DNA of 64,000 nucleotides, taken from the NCBI GenBank assembly GCA_965200965.1, contig OZ241744.1:3200001-3264000 (forward strand), written 5' to 3'. Origin of the DNA: an uncultured Candidatus Binatia bacterium. GTDB lineage: Bacteria; Desulfobacterota; Binatia; Bin18. The position numbers were made by a program, and so were the translations under genes. The notes beneath the pieces are model-generated. The model was given only the letters and a program-made list of their open reading frames with translations. It did not search any database and was not told where the DNA came from. This document shows, piece by piece, positions 37,847 to 46,342 of the stretch (the stretch's first letter is position 1; each line of letters opens with the position of its first letter).

Positions 37847-37919
37847 GGGGCCGTAGCTCAGCTGGGAGAGCGCTTGACTGGCAGTCAAGAGGTCGGCAGT
37901 TCGATCCTGCTCGGCTCCA
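37847..37919 (+). tRNA. tRNA-Ala(GGC)
   Basis: Cloverleaf: GGGGCCG/CGGCTCC acceptor stem with G3:U70, CTTGA-CTGGCAG-TCAAG anticodon arm, TTCGATC T-loop; CCA not encoded. Confidence 0.97.
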
Positions 37920-38051
37920 CTCGTCCAATCCTCCGCCCGTCCTCCTTGCCGACCAGACCCTGCCGACCCCCTCCCTGAGCGTAGCCTGTCCCTCCTGACC
38001 GGAAGTGGCCGGCCAATGCCGCCGCGACAGGGAAAACACCAGAGAGCCGCG

Positions 38052-38945
38052 GTGCGCGCCTTCAGTTCTGCCGACTACACCGTTCCGCTGGGGCGTCACT
38101 CATATCCGATGGACAAATACCGCCTGGTACCGGAGCGTCTCCTGGCCGATGGCATCCTCACGCCGGATGAAATCCTTGCCCCCCAGCCAATACCGCACGA
38201 CGACATCTTGCGCGTGCATACTCCAGGGTATGTCTACGCCTTCTGTAGCGGCGGCCTTGAGCGCCGCGCCCTGCTGCGGCTCGGTCTGCCCTGGTCAGCG
38301 GCTCTCGTCCGCCGTGCCTTTATGGGTGATTGGCGGGACCCTGGAAGCGACCCGCGCCGCCCTGTCCGGCGGGCTCGGGGTGAACTTGGCCGGCGGCACC
38401 CACCACGCCTTTGCCGAACACGGTGAGGGCTACTGCATTTTTCACGATATGGTCATCAGCCTGCGGCGGCTCCGGCGCGAGGGCGCGGCGTTCTCTGACT
38501 ATTGACCTCGATGTCCACCAGGGCAACGGCACCGCTGCCCTGTGTCAGGCCGACCCGGATGTCTGTACTTTCTCCATGCACGCCCAAAACAATTACCCCG
38601 CCCGCAAAGAGAGAACTCGTGGGACATTGCCCTGCCCGACCGGACCACGGATGATCCCTATCTCGATTGCCTCTGCGCCGCCCTCCCCCGCCTCCTGGAA
38701 CGCTGCGCGCCCGAGCTTGTTTTGTACCCAGGCCGGCGTCGCTGTCCTGGCCGGGGAGCGTTTTGGCAAGCTGGCCCTGACCATGCGCGGGGTCGGAGAG
38801 CGGGACCGCGCTTGTGGCCGCCTTTGCCCGGCAGGCCGGCCTGCCCCTTGTTGTGACGTTTGGCGGTGGCTATGCGCGTGATATCAGCATGATTGTTGAG
38901 GCGCACTGCCAGACGGTGGAGATTGCCAGGGTCTGTCTGGGATGA
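38052..38945 (+). pseudogene. Histone-deacetylase-family (Zn-dependent deacylase) pseudogene
   Basis: HSYPMDKY, AGGTHHA..GEGYC, IDLDVHQGNGT, DIALPD, QAGV and GGGY motifs are spread over about six frame segments. Confidence 0.92.
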
Positions 38946-38949
38946 GCGC

Positions 38950-40422
38950 CTACTCATCGGCGCTGACCACCGGCAAGTCCTCCCCGAGGGCTAGGCGGGA
39001 GAGGACGGCACGCAGCTCGTCGTTCGATACGCCCGAGTCGGCAGGCGTATGAAAAAGGAGGGCCACCTGCTGGTCTTCCAGGGAGCGGCGGGCTAAGCGG
39101 GCCTGGGCACGCAGGCGGACCAGGGGGCCGATGAGCCGGGCCAGCTCGGAGGTGAAGCGGGCGGCCAGCAAGAGCGCTTGGCCGGCACTCTGCGCTCCAG
39201 CAAGAGCTTTACGATAGACGGCCACTATGCCGGCATGAAGCACAAGCCCGGTTTTTCTCTCCTCCCATAGTTCGCCCTGGACCGTTCCCCAGCTTAGGCG
39301 CATTTCGTCAAGGACCGGCCACAGCTCGGGGTGTAGGGCCGGGGCGCTCTCAGCTGCAATCAGACGGACAAAGACTGCTTTCAACTCGTCCGACAGCTGG
39401 GTCGGCTCTCGGACGTGCCACCGTCGAGGGGGGGGAGGGCGGGCGATGATTGCGCCCTCGGCACTGAGAACGAGATGGTCTTCGACCGATTGGCCGAGCA
39501 GCGTCAGGCTGGCGGTATAGCGGACATAGCCGTCCGCGGTGTGCTCCGTCCGTAAGGCGTGGGCGTTGACCGCCAGCCCGGGATGATAGTACACCCGGCC
39601 CCGGTCATACACCTTCTCAATCCCCTTGCGCAGCTGCACGCAGGTGTGGGCAGCCGGGAAGAAGTATTCATATGGGGAGGGCGTCCAGTCAACCTCAGCC
39701 TCTCGCATCTCCATGCGCAGGGCGGCTTCTTGGGTACCACGGGTGAAGCGCTCGCGCGTGCTCCCGGCTTCTCCGCCGCTGTGAAAAGCTTCGCGCAGCG
39801 TGCCAAACAGTCGTTCGCTGGGGTATGGACCACGGTAGCGGAGGACGCTTTTGCCCTGGTCCTGGCTCAGCAGCGACAAGACATTGAGCACGCTTGAACC
39901 GGCCCCGGTTGGCAGGCTGCCGGGGTCATCGACAGGCGGAATCGCTGCCACATCGGTGTAGCGCACCGCCCGAAAAAGGCTCAGGAAACGCTGCTGGCGA
40001 AAGCCGAGCTCACCGTCCAGGGTCCACAGGCAGTCCGAGATGCCCCACCCAAGATGTGAAGCCGTGGCCGCGCTGACGCCCAGGAAGCGGCCATCAAGGC
40101 CACGGACCTTAAAGCGATGAAGTGTCCGGTCACGCCCCTCGCCCTGCCAGCTGAGGAGGAGCAGCAGGCGTCCGTGTCGGTCAAAGCTTGCCAACCGCAG
40201 CGGTTTGTGAAGGGCTGGAGCATCGGGCACAAAGAAGCTCAGGCTGCCGTGTTGAGAGCGCTGGGCGATGAGGCGGGCATGGTGGCGCAGGTCCCCCGCT
40301 GGGTCGGCGACCGCTTGGCCGAGAGCATGCCTCAGGCGGCCGAGCTGCCCGGGAGCAAGGCCCTCCAGAGCGAGGGTTTTGATGGCAAGAGCCAGGCTGT
40401 CGGGAGCGATAGTGTCAGGCAT
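38950..40422 (-). CDS. Hypothetical protein (490 aa)
   Basis: Long ORF 54 bp downstream of the helicase on the same strand; LRYRGPYPSERLF segment; no family recognised. Confidence 0.8.
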   Translation of the reverse strand: MPDTIAPDSLALAIKTLALEGLAPGQLGRLRHALGQAVADPAGDLRHHARLIAQRSQHGSLSFFVPDAPALHKPLRLASFDRHGRLLLLLSWQGEGRDRTLHRFKVRGLDGRFLGVSAATASHLGWGISDCLWTLDGELGFRQQRFLSLFRAVRYTDVAAIPPVDDPGSLPTGAGSSVLNVLSLLSQDQGKSVLRYRGPYPSERLFGTLREAFHSGGEAGSTRERFTRGTQEAALRMEMREAEVDWTPSPYEYFFPAAHTCVQLRKGIEKVYDRGRVYYHPGLAVNAHALRTEHTADGYVRYTASLTLLGQSVEDHLVLSAEGAIIARPPPPRRWHVREPTQLSDELKAVFVRLIAAESAPALHPELWPVLDEMRLSWGTVQGELWEERKTGLVLHAGIVAVYRKALAGAQSAGQALLLAARFTSELARLIGPLVRLRAQARLARRSLEDQQVALLFHTPADSGVSNDELRAVLSRLALGEDLPVVSADE

Positions 40423-40476
40423 GAACGGAAGCTGCCTTGTCTGATTCCTGGCATACGAAGCGCGCGGCTGAACGGC

Positions 40477-42717
40477 TCAGCCTGCGGCCTGCAAGGTCTC
40501 AATCTGAATGGGCGACAGGTAGGTGGCCAAGACCTCCGGGGACGCCTCTTGGACTGCCGCCGGCGAGTCAAAGCCGGCCGCCACCAGGGCGCGGACCGCT
40601 TCCCGGTCAAGGCCGGGCAACTGGGCGCGGGCGAGGGCCAAGCCGTCTGGCCCAACGCCGAAACGCACACAGTCGGCTAGGTCCTTGAGATGGTCGGCTT
40701 TGGTCCAGCCCATCACCTCAGCCACCTCGTTGGCCGCATCGGCCAGCCAGCCGATCTCGTCGGTCAGGGTTTTGATCGTTCCGGCGTAGCACCGATAGCG
40801 GCTTTCCAGGCCGGACAGGGCGTCGCCCCCGATCCATTCGCTCAACAACAGGGAGAGTTTGGCCGAGCGAACCTCCGTGCTTGTCGGGAGCATACTGGCG
40901 TGCAAGAGGCGGCCAAGCTCCTCGCCGGGCGGCTGCTCGCCCTCGGGCAGCCGCTCATTCAGCATACTTTCATACATGCGGCTGCGGTGTTCAGCGCTGG
41001 ACAGCGGCACATAGACCCGTTTGCCGTCCGCGGTCAGGCTGAACAGGTGAAACAGCTCCAGCTCGGGCACAGACCGGTCCCGGGCCCGGCTGAAAAAGCG
41101 GGCCAGCTTGACCGCGGTGGCAGCCCGAATACCCCGGCGAGCGGCGACTTCGCCCAGGCTAGAGGCTTCGAGCCGGCCGTCTTCGCCGCGGATGAGGAGT
41201 TGGGCCTGCACCAGCTCCTCAAGAGTCTGTTCGACCTCGTGGGCCGTGTCTGCGGCCTGGGGCGACTTGGCCCCGCGTCGCAGAAAACCCAGATAGGTCA
41301 GGCCACAGAATGACACCAACTCATCGGCGGTGGAGCAGACCCTGGAGGCAATAAGATTCAGCACCCGGTCGGCAAAACCGGACTGGCCGGGGGCCAGGGC
41401 AAATTGTTCCTGCTCGCCCAGAATATAGCCGTTCCACAGCAGGTCGGCCTGAAACTGGTTGACGGCGATGACAATAGAGCGGCCAAGCTCTTCACGAAAG
41501 CCCAAGCGCCCGGCACGGCCGGAGATATTTTCGTACTCGGCCCATGACACCGGGACCTCAACCGGCGTGCCGGTCCGCTCGTCGGTCTCCCACTTCATCG
41601 GCTCAACAAAGACGGTTGAAGCCGGCAGGTTGACGCCAAAGGCGAGGGTGGTGGTGCAGGCAATCACCCGCAGTTCTCCGCGCCGATAGGCGGCTTCAAC
41701 CACGCCGCGTTCCTCAGAGGTGAGATCCGCGTGATGAAAGGCCACCCCGCCGGCAAAGGCGGTTGTGAGTTGGGATTTGAGCGCGGTTTCTTCATAGCTG
41801 TCGAGTTCGGCCAGGGCGGTATGGGCGGGTGGGAGTTGGGCGCTGGCGGCCAGGGCCAGGGCGCACCGCACGGTGTCGCGCTTGCTCTTGAGGAAAATCA
41901 AGATCTGCTCGTCCCGGTGAGCTAGGTGTGTGACCGCGGCCAATAAAATCTCGGTCGGATCGTCGCTTTCGCACTCAACAAGCCGCTCCCGGCCTTCTTC
42001 TCCGGTGTTATAGGCTTTGTAGCGAAATGTGCCGTTCAGCAGGATGCCGCGGTACAGTTCGACCGGCCTCTCGTCTTGCAGTAACAGGTCGGCCTCCAGC
42101 CACTCCGCAATGTGTTCGGCCTCGCCCAAGACCGCGGACAACCCCAACATCTGCGGCCGCGGCTCAGAGCATAAAAGTTTTGCCAGGCTCAGTTCCAGCC
42201 CAGCCCCACGCTCGGCATCGCCCAGCATTTGCAACTCGTCCACCACGACCAGAGCAACGCTGCGTAGCAGATGGGGATGACGGACCAGGAGCTGGGACAG
42301 CTTTTCATACACCAGGACGGCCATCTGATAGTCGCCCTGTTCAATCGCTTGGTCAAACTCGTGACGGTCGCGGCTGGCAACCGCGACCTTGACCCCATAC
42401 GCGCCATAGCGGTCGTGGAAGGTCTGGTATTTTTCTTCGGCCAGGGCGCGCAGCGGAGTCAGGTACAAGACCCGTTTGCCGGCAAAGGCAGCCCGCATGG
42501 CGGCCATCTCCCCCACAAAGGTTTTGCCCGAGGATGTGGGAGAGGAAATGACTAGGCTGCGACCTTCAAACAGACTGTAGCGTTGCACCGCCACCTCTTG
42601 GACGGGCAGTAGAAACTCGCCCTGCTGGCGTTCCCAAATCTCCAGCAGGCTGTCCGGCAGACCGTATTTGCGTAAATCTCGAATCCGTCGCACTGGCTCG
42701 CCTCCAGACGCGCTCAT
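40477..42717 (-). CDS. Ski2/Hel308-like SF2 helicase
   Basis: LLPVQ, SPTSSGKT, PLRALAEEK, DELQ, RGAGLE, LSA, GVAFHHADL, TTTLAFGVNLPA, GRAGR, then winged-helix, ratchet and HhH-like C-terminus. Confidence 0.93.
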   Translation of the reverse strand: MSASGGEPVRRIRDLRKYGLPDSLLEIWERQQGEFLLPVQEVAVQRYSLFEGRSLVISSPTSSGKTFVGEMAAMRAAFAGKRVLYLTPLRALAEEKYQTFHDRYGAYGVKVAVASRDRHEFDQAIEQGDYQMAVLVYEKLSQLLVRHPHLLRSVALVVVDELQMLGDAERGAGLELSLAKLLCSEPRPQMLGLSAVLGEAEHIAEWLEADLLLQDERPVELYRGILLNGTFRYKAYNTGEEGRERLVECESDDPTEILLAAVTHLAHRDEQILIFLKSKRDTVRCALALAASAQLPPAHTALAELDSYEETALKSQLTTAFAGGVAFHHADLTSEERGVVEAAYRRGELRVIACTTTLAFGVNLPASTVFVEPMKWETDERTGTPVEVPVSWAEYENISGRAGRLGFREELGRSIVIAVNQFQADLLWNGYILGEQEQFALAPGQSGFADRVLNLIASRVCSTADELVSFCGLTYLGFLRRGAKSPQAADTAHEVEQTLEELVQAQLLIRGEDGRLEASSLGEVAARRGIRAATAVKLARFFSRARDRSVPELELFHLFSLTADGKRVYVPLSSAEHRSRMYESMLNERLPEGEQPPGEELGRLLHASMLPTSTEVRSAKLSLLLSEWIGGDALSGLESRYRCYAGTIKTLTDEIGWLADAANEVAEVMGWTKADHLKDLADCVRFGVGPDGLALARAQLPGLDREAVRALVAAGFDSPAAVQEASPEVLATYLSPIQIETLQAAG

Positions 42718-42783
42718 GTTACCAAGAGGCCGCAGTGGAGAAAAGGGTGGACAAGAGCAGGCGGCGCGGCTGGAGAGCAGCCC

Positions 42784-43245
42784 TCAGCCCGAGCGTGACC
42801 GCTCAGCCCGAAGCGCCAGCACATAGCCGCTCATCCCACCACAGCTGAGGATGTCAAGAGAGCGGTCTGACAGGTCCCGGATCGCGTAGCGCGTGCCAGA
42901 GCTGAGGTCTTTGACAATGGCGTCGTTGACATCAATGCGCAGCCGGTCATGGGCCCGAATCTCGGCCGCCTCCCACAGGGTGAGCGGGGCGAGGCCGGTA
43001 TTGATGCAGATACGGAAAAAAGGCCGGGCAAAGCGTGGGGCAATGATGGCCTCGATGCGGTGGTGGTGCAGGGCTTCGGCGGCCCGGGCTGCCCCTGGGC
43101 CGTCTCCGACCAAGCCGGTCGCCAGCAATATATATTCCCCCGCGGCACGTTCCGGCCCGGCCAGCCGGCTGACAATCGCCGCGGCCGAGACATCGCCCGT
43201 CACCAGCCGGGCCCGTCCGGTCAGAATACGCTCGTCTCTGTCCAT
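42784..43245 (-). CDS. Degenerate LeuD/HacB-like (aconitase swivel domain) protein
   Basis: AIIAPRFARPFFRICINTGL and ILSCGGM match the IPM dehydratase small-subunit pattern; ATG at 43245. Confidence 0.72.
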   Translation of the reverse strand: MDRDERILTGRARLVTGDVSAAAIVSRLAGPERAAGEYILLATGLVGDGPGAARAAEALHHHRIEAIIAPRFARPFFRICINTGLAPLTLWEAAEIRAHDRLRIDVNDAIVKDLSSGTRYAIRDLSDRSLDILSCGGMSGYVLALRAERSRSG

Positions 43246-43384
43246 ATAGTGCCCCGCTGCTCGGCGTACAGCATAGTGGTGCGGTCGTGGCTTGTCGAGG
43301 GTGGCTTGGCCTTGCAAACCCCGCTTGGATCGATGGCAATGGGGGAAGTCCGACCGAGAGGGGGAAGACGGCTGGCGAGGAGGG

Positions 43385-43935
43385 ATGTGCATCAAATTTG
43401 GGCTTCACTATCAGATGCCATGTACTGGCGCGCAGTCTCCGGTCCAGCGCTATCGGGACACAATTGAGCAGGTCGTCCACGCCGAGAGCTCGGGCTTTGA
43501 GTCGGTCGGCCGGTTGAGCAACATTTTAACCCTCAGTTGTCTATCTTCCCCGCTCCTCTGCTGCTGTTGGCAGCGGTGGCAGAGCGCACCAGGACCTTAG
43601 GCCTGGGGATTGCGATTGTCTTGTTGCCGCTCTCCCATCCGGTGCGGGTGGCTGAGGAGATTGCCGCCCTCGATGCGATCAGCAATGGCCGGGTTGAGTT
43701 TGGGATTGGCCAGAGCGAGAGTCGTGAGCGGATGATGGAGGCGCTTGACCTGATCCGCCGGGCCTGGACCTCGGAACGGGTATCCTTTGAGGGGCAGTTC
43801 TATAGTGTAGAGGACATTAGTGATGCGCAGCATGGAACTGTTTGCGGCTGCCGCATTTTGGCAACGCGCCGTGGCCGCCACCGCACGCAGCGGACCAAGG
43901 GCGTGTTGGCGGGTGCTGCTAGTCAACTAGCCTGA
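43385..43935 (+). pseudogene. LLM-class flavin-dependent oxidoreductase pseudogene
   Basis: KFGLHY..AESSGFESV, frameshift near 43510, EQHF..AAVAERT..HPVRVAEEIAALDAISNGRVEFGIG, apparent internal deletion; resemblance stops near 43820. Confidence 0.88.
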
Positions 43936-44326
43936 ACTTCGGCACGGCAATGTTCTCGGTCCAGTCCTCAAAGATGACCTCGACTGTCTTGCCTATCTCT
44001 AGCTGCTGGGGGGAGCAGTTGACAATGTTGCTCATCATCTGCGGGCCTTCGTCAAGCGTTATCAGGGCGACCACATACGGCACCTCGTCGGCAAACGCTT
44101 TGGTGACTGGTCGATAGACGGTGGTAAACGACAGCACGGTTCCCCGGCCCGAGGCTGTGACCCACTGCACCGCCTCGCTCATACAGGCGGTGCAGTAGAG
44201 GCGCGGGTAGAACTGACGGTGGCCGCAGGCGGTACATTGCTGGACCCGGAGTTCATGGTTTTTGCACCCGTCCCAATAGGGCTGGGTCTCGCTGGTCGGT
44301 TGCGGAATCGGTTTGCTCGCTGCCAT
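43919..44326 (-). CDS. Zn-ribbon/OB-fold (DUF35, ChsH2-like) protein
   Basis: YWDG..ELRVQQCTACG..YPRLYCTAC, PYVVALITLDEGP; translationally coupled to the thiolase. Confidence 0.93.
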   Translation of the reverse strand: MAASKPIPQPTSETQPYWDGCKNHELRVQQCTACGHRQFYPRLYCTACMSEAVQWVTASGRGTVLSFTTVYRPVTKAFADEVPYVVALITLDEGPQMMSNIVNCSPQQLEIGKTVEVIFEDWTENIAVPKFRLVD

Positions 44327-45495
44327 TAGCCTCTCTCCTTTGCCAGAATCATGGAGCAGTGGGTTGACATAATGCCGCCCTGGGCGTGAACAAAGGCCAC
44401 CTCGGCATCCTGGACTTGGCGCGGGCCACACACGCCACGCAGCTGAAACACGGCTTCGGTGACTGAGAACATTGAACCCGGGTGGCCCGGATGGCAGTGG
44501 GACATCAGCCCCCCGTGGGTATTGACCGGCAGCTCGCCGCCGAGCTCAATCCGCCCGCCCTCCACAAAGCGTCCGCCCTCACCCTTGGGACAGAAGCCGA
44601 GGTCTTCGAGTTCGACAAGGAGGACCGGGGTAAAACAGTCGTACAGCTCGGCCACGTCAATATCCCGGGGGCTGAGGCCGGCCATAGCGTAGGTCCGCTC
44701 CCCGGCCTCCCTGGCCGCGGAGGTAGTCAGATTTCGGGCCTGACTGATATGCTCGTGCGAGTGGCCCTCGCCCATGCCGAGCAGATAGACCGGTGGTGTG
44801 CGGAAGTCTTTGGCTCGTTCCACGGCGGTCATGATAATCGCCGCCCCGCCGTCTGATACCAGCGAGCAGTCGAGCAGGTGCAGGGGGTCGGCGATCATCT
44901 TTGAGTTCAGCACATCGTCCACCGTAATGGGGTCGCGCATCTGGGCGGCCGGATTCAGCGAGGCGTGTTTGCGGCAGGCCACCGAGACCGCGGCGAGCTG
45001 TTCGCTGGTCGTGCCGTAGGCGTGGATATGGGCCTGGGCGATCAGGGCGTAGAAGCCGGGGATGGGGGGACCGTAGGGCCGCTCAAACTGGGCGTGGCCG
45101 GCCGTTGACATGGCCTCAATCGCCCTGTCGCGTGAGAGGCCGGAGAGCATGTTGTCGGCCATGGTGATCAGGACGGTGTTGCACACGCCGGTGGCAATGG
45201 CCGTTGCCGCGTGCTGCATGATGGCCAGGGTTGTGCCCCCGCCGGTCGCTACATTGAGGCAGTAGCGGGGAAAAATCTGCATATACTCGGCAATCATCTC
45301 GGCGTGATACATATACGGCTCAACCCACGAGTTGCAGGTGATCAGCCCATCAACATCGTCTTTGGTGATGCCGGCATCTTCGAGGGCCAGCTTGGCCGCT
45401 TTGACATACATCTGGGTCGCGCTCAGGTGGGGGACGACGCCGACCTCGGTATCGGCCGCGCCTACAATAGCGACTTTGCCTCGGAGCGATTCCAT
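44326..45495 (-). CDS. SCP2-type thiolase-like protein (Ltp2/aldolase-like)
   Basis: HASLNPAA, DCSLVSDGGAA, ELYDCFT, VNTHGGLMS. Confidence 0.92.
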   Translation of the reverse strand: MESLRGKVAIVGAADTEVGVVPHLSATQMYVKAAKLALEDAGITKDDVDGLITCNSWVEPYMYHAEMIAEYMQIFPRYCLNVATGGGTTLAIMQHAATAIATGVCNTVLITMADNMLSGLSRDRAIEAMSTAGHAQFERPYGPPIPGFYALIAQAHIHAYGTTSEQLAAVSVACRKHASLNPAAQMRDPITVDDVLNSKMIADPLHLLDCSLVSDGGAAIIMTAVERAKDFRTPPVYLLGMGEGHSHEHISQARNLTTSAAREAGERTYAMAGLSPRDIDVAELYDCFTPVLLVELEDLGFCPKGEGGRFVEGGRIELGGELPVNTHGGLMSHCHPGHPGSMFSVTEAVFQLRGVCGPRQVQDAEVAFVHAQGGIMSTHCSMILAKERG

Positions 45496-45613
45496 ATGGG
45501 TGTCCTCCAGTGTGGTGATGCCTCTTGTCTAGGAAAGTTTGTTGCGCTGGTCAAGCTGCGGCTGACTGAGTGCCGCGGGTCAGACCGCTGTCGGCAGTTG
45601 GCCGCGGGGGTGT

Positions 45614-46315
45614 TTACGACACGGGCGGGGGTTCGACAATATCAACACCGGCCGGGATGGTGAACTGAAAGAGGCTGTCCGGCAGCGGGAGGTTGCGGGT
45701 GATATTGCGAAACTGCAAACGGGTAGTATTGCCCAGCGGGTCGCTCACCGTTGCCCGGACAATATCAAAGCTCGCGGCGTCAACCGCCAGGGTCAAGTGC
45801 CCCACCGCGTCGGCGTCGCGCTTGGGGCTCAGGTTCAGGACATAGGTTTCGGCGGCCGTGTCCTGCACCCTGATCGCAAAGTCATCCTCCAGGCGTCCTA
45901 CTCCGGTCAGAAAAGCGAGAGGCGTATGAGACTGAAAAGCCTGGTGAAACGGAGTTTTGACGACTTGGCGCTCAGCCGCCTGGTAGAACCAGAAGAAAGC
46001 TCCATCCGAGATGAGCAGCTGTGCCGGCTGGCTGAAGTCCCAGCGCATCTTGCCCGGTTTCTTGAAGAACACCTTACCCTGAGAGCGTAGCGTGGAGCCG
46101 AAGGTCGCCGATTCGACCTCCTGGATAAAATCGGCCCGAAAGCCCTGGGTTTCCTGGTAGCGGGTCTGGAGCCGGGCGACAATCTCTGCCGTCCCAAGCT
46201 CTGCGGGCGGAAGTGGAGGGGCTGGTTCGCCGGCCAGCAGGGGTACGGTCGGGCGAAAAAAAACGGCCTGAACCGTCAGGCTGAGCAAGACCCAGTACGA
46301 GAGGCGTTTTGTCAT
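45614..46315 (-). CDS. lolA: Outer-membrane lipoprotein chaperone
   Basis: FRADFIQ, GKVFFKKPGKMRW, LISDG; downstream of ftsK as in the usual synteny. Confidence 0.92.
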   Translation of the reverse strand: MTKRLSYWVLLSLTVQAVFFRPTVPLLAGEPAPPLPPAELGTAEIVARLQTRYQETQGFRADFIQEVESATFGSTLRSQGKVFFKKPGKMRWDFSQPAQLLISDGAFFWFYQAAERQVVKTPFHQAFQSHTPLAFLTGVGRLEDDFAIRVQDTAAETYVLNLSPKRDADAVGHLTLAVDAASFDIVRATVSDPLGNTTRLQFRNITRNLPLPDSLFQFTIPAGVDIVEPPPVS

Positions 46316-46342
46316 CCGGGTGTTGTTCCTTCGGCGGGTTCT

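Noticed and set aside
37878-37884. C32-G38 pair in the tRNA-Ala(GGC) anticodon loop as an anomaly
   Set aside because: A 32-38 Watson-Crick pair is a known feature of tRNA-Ala(GGC)
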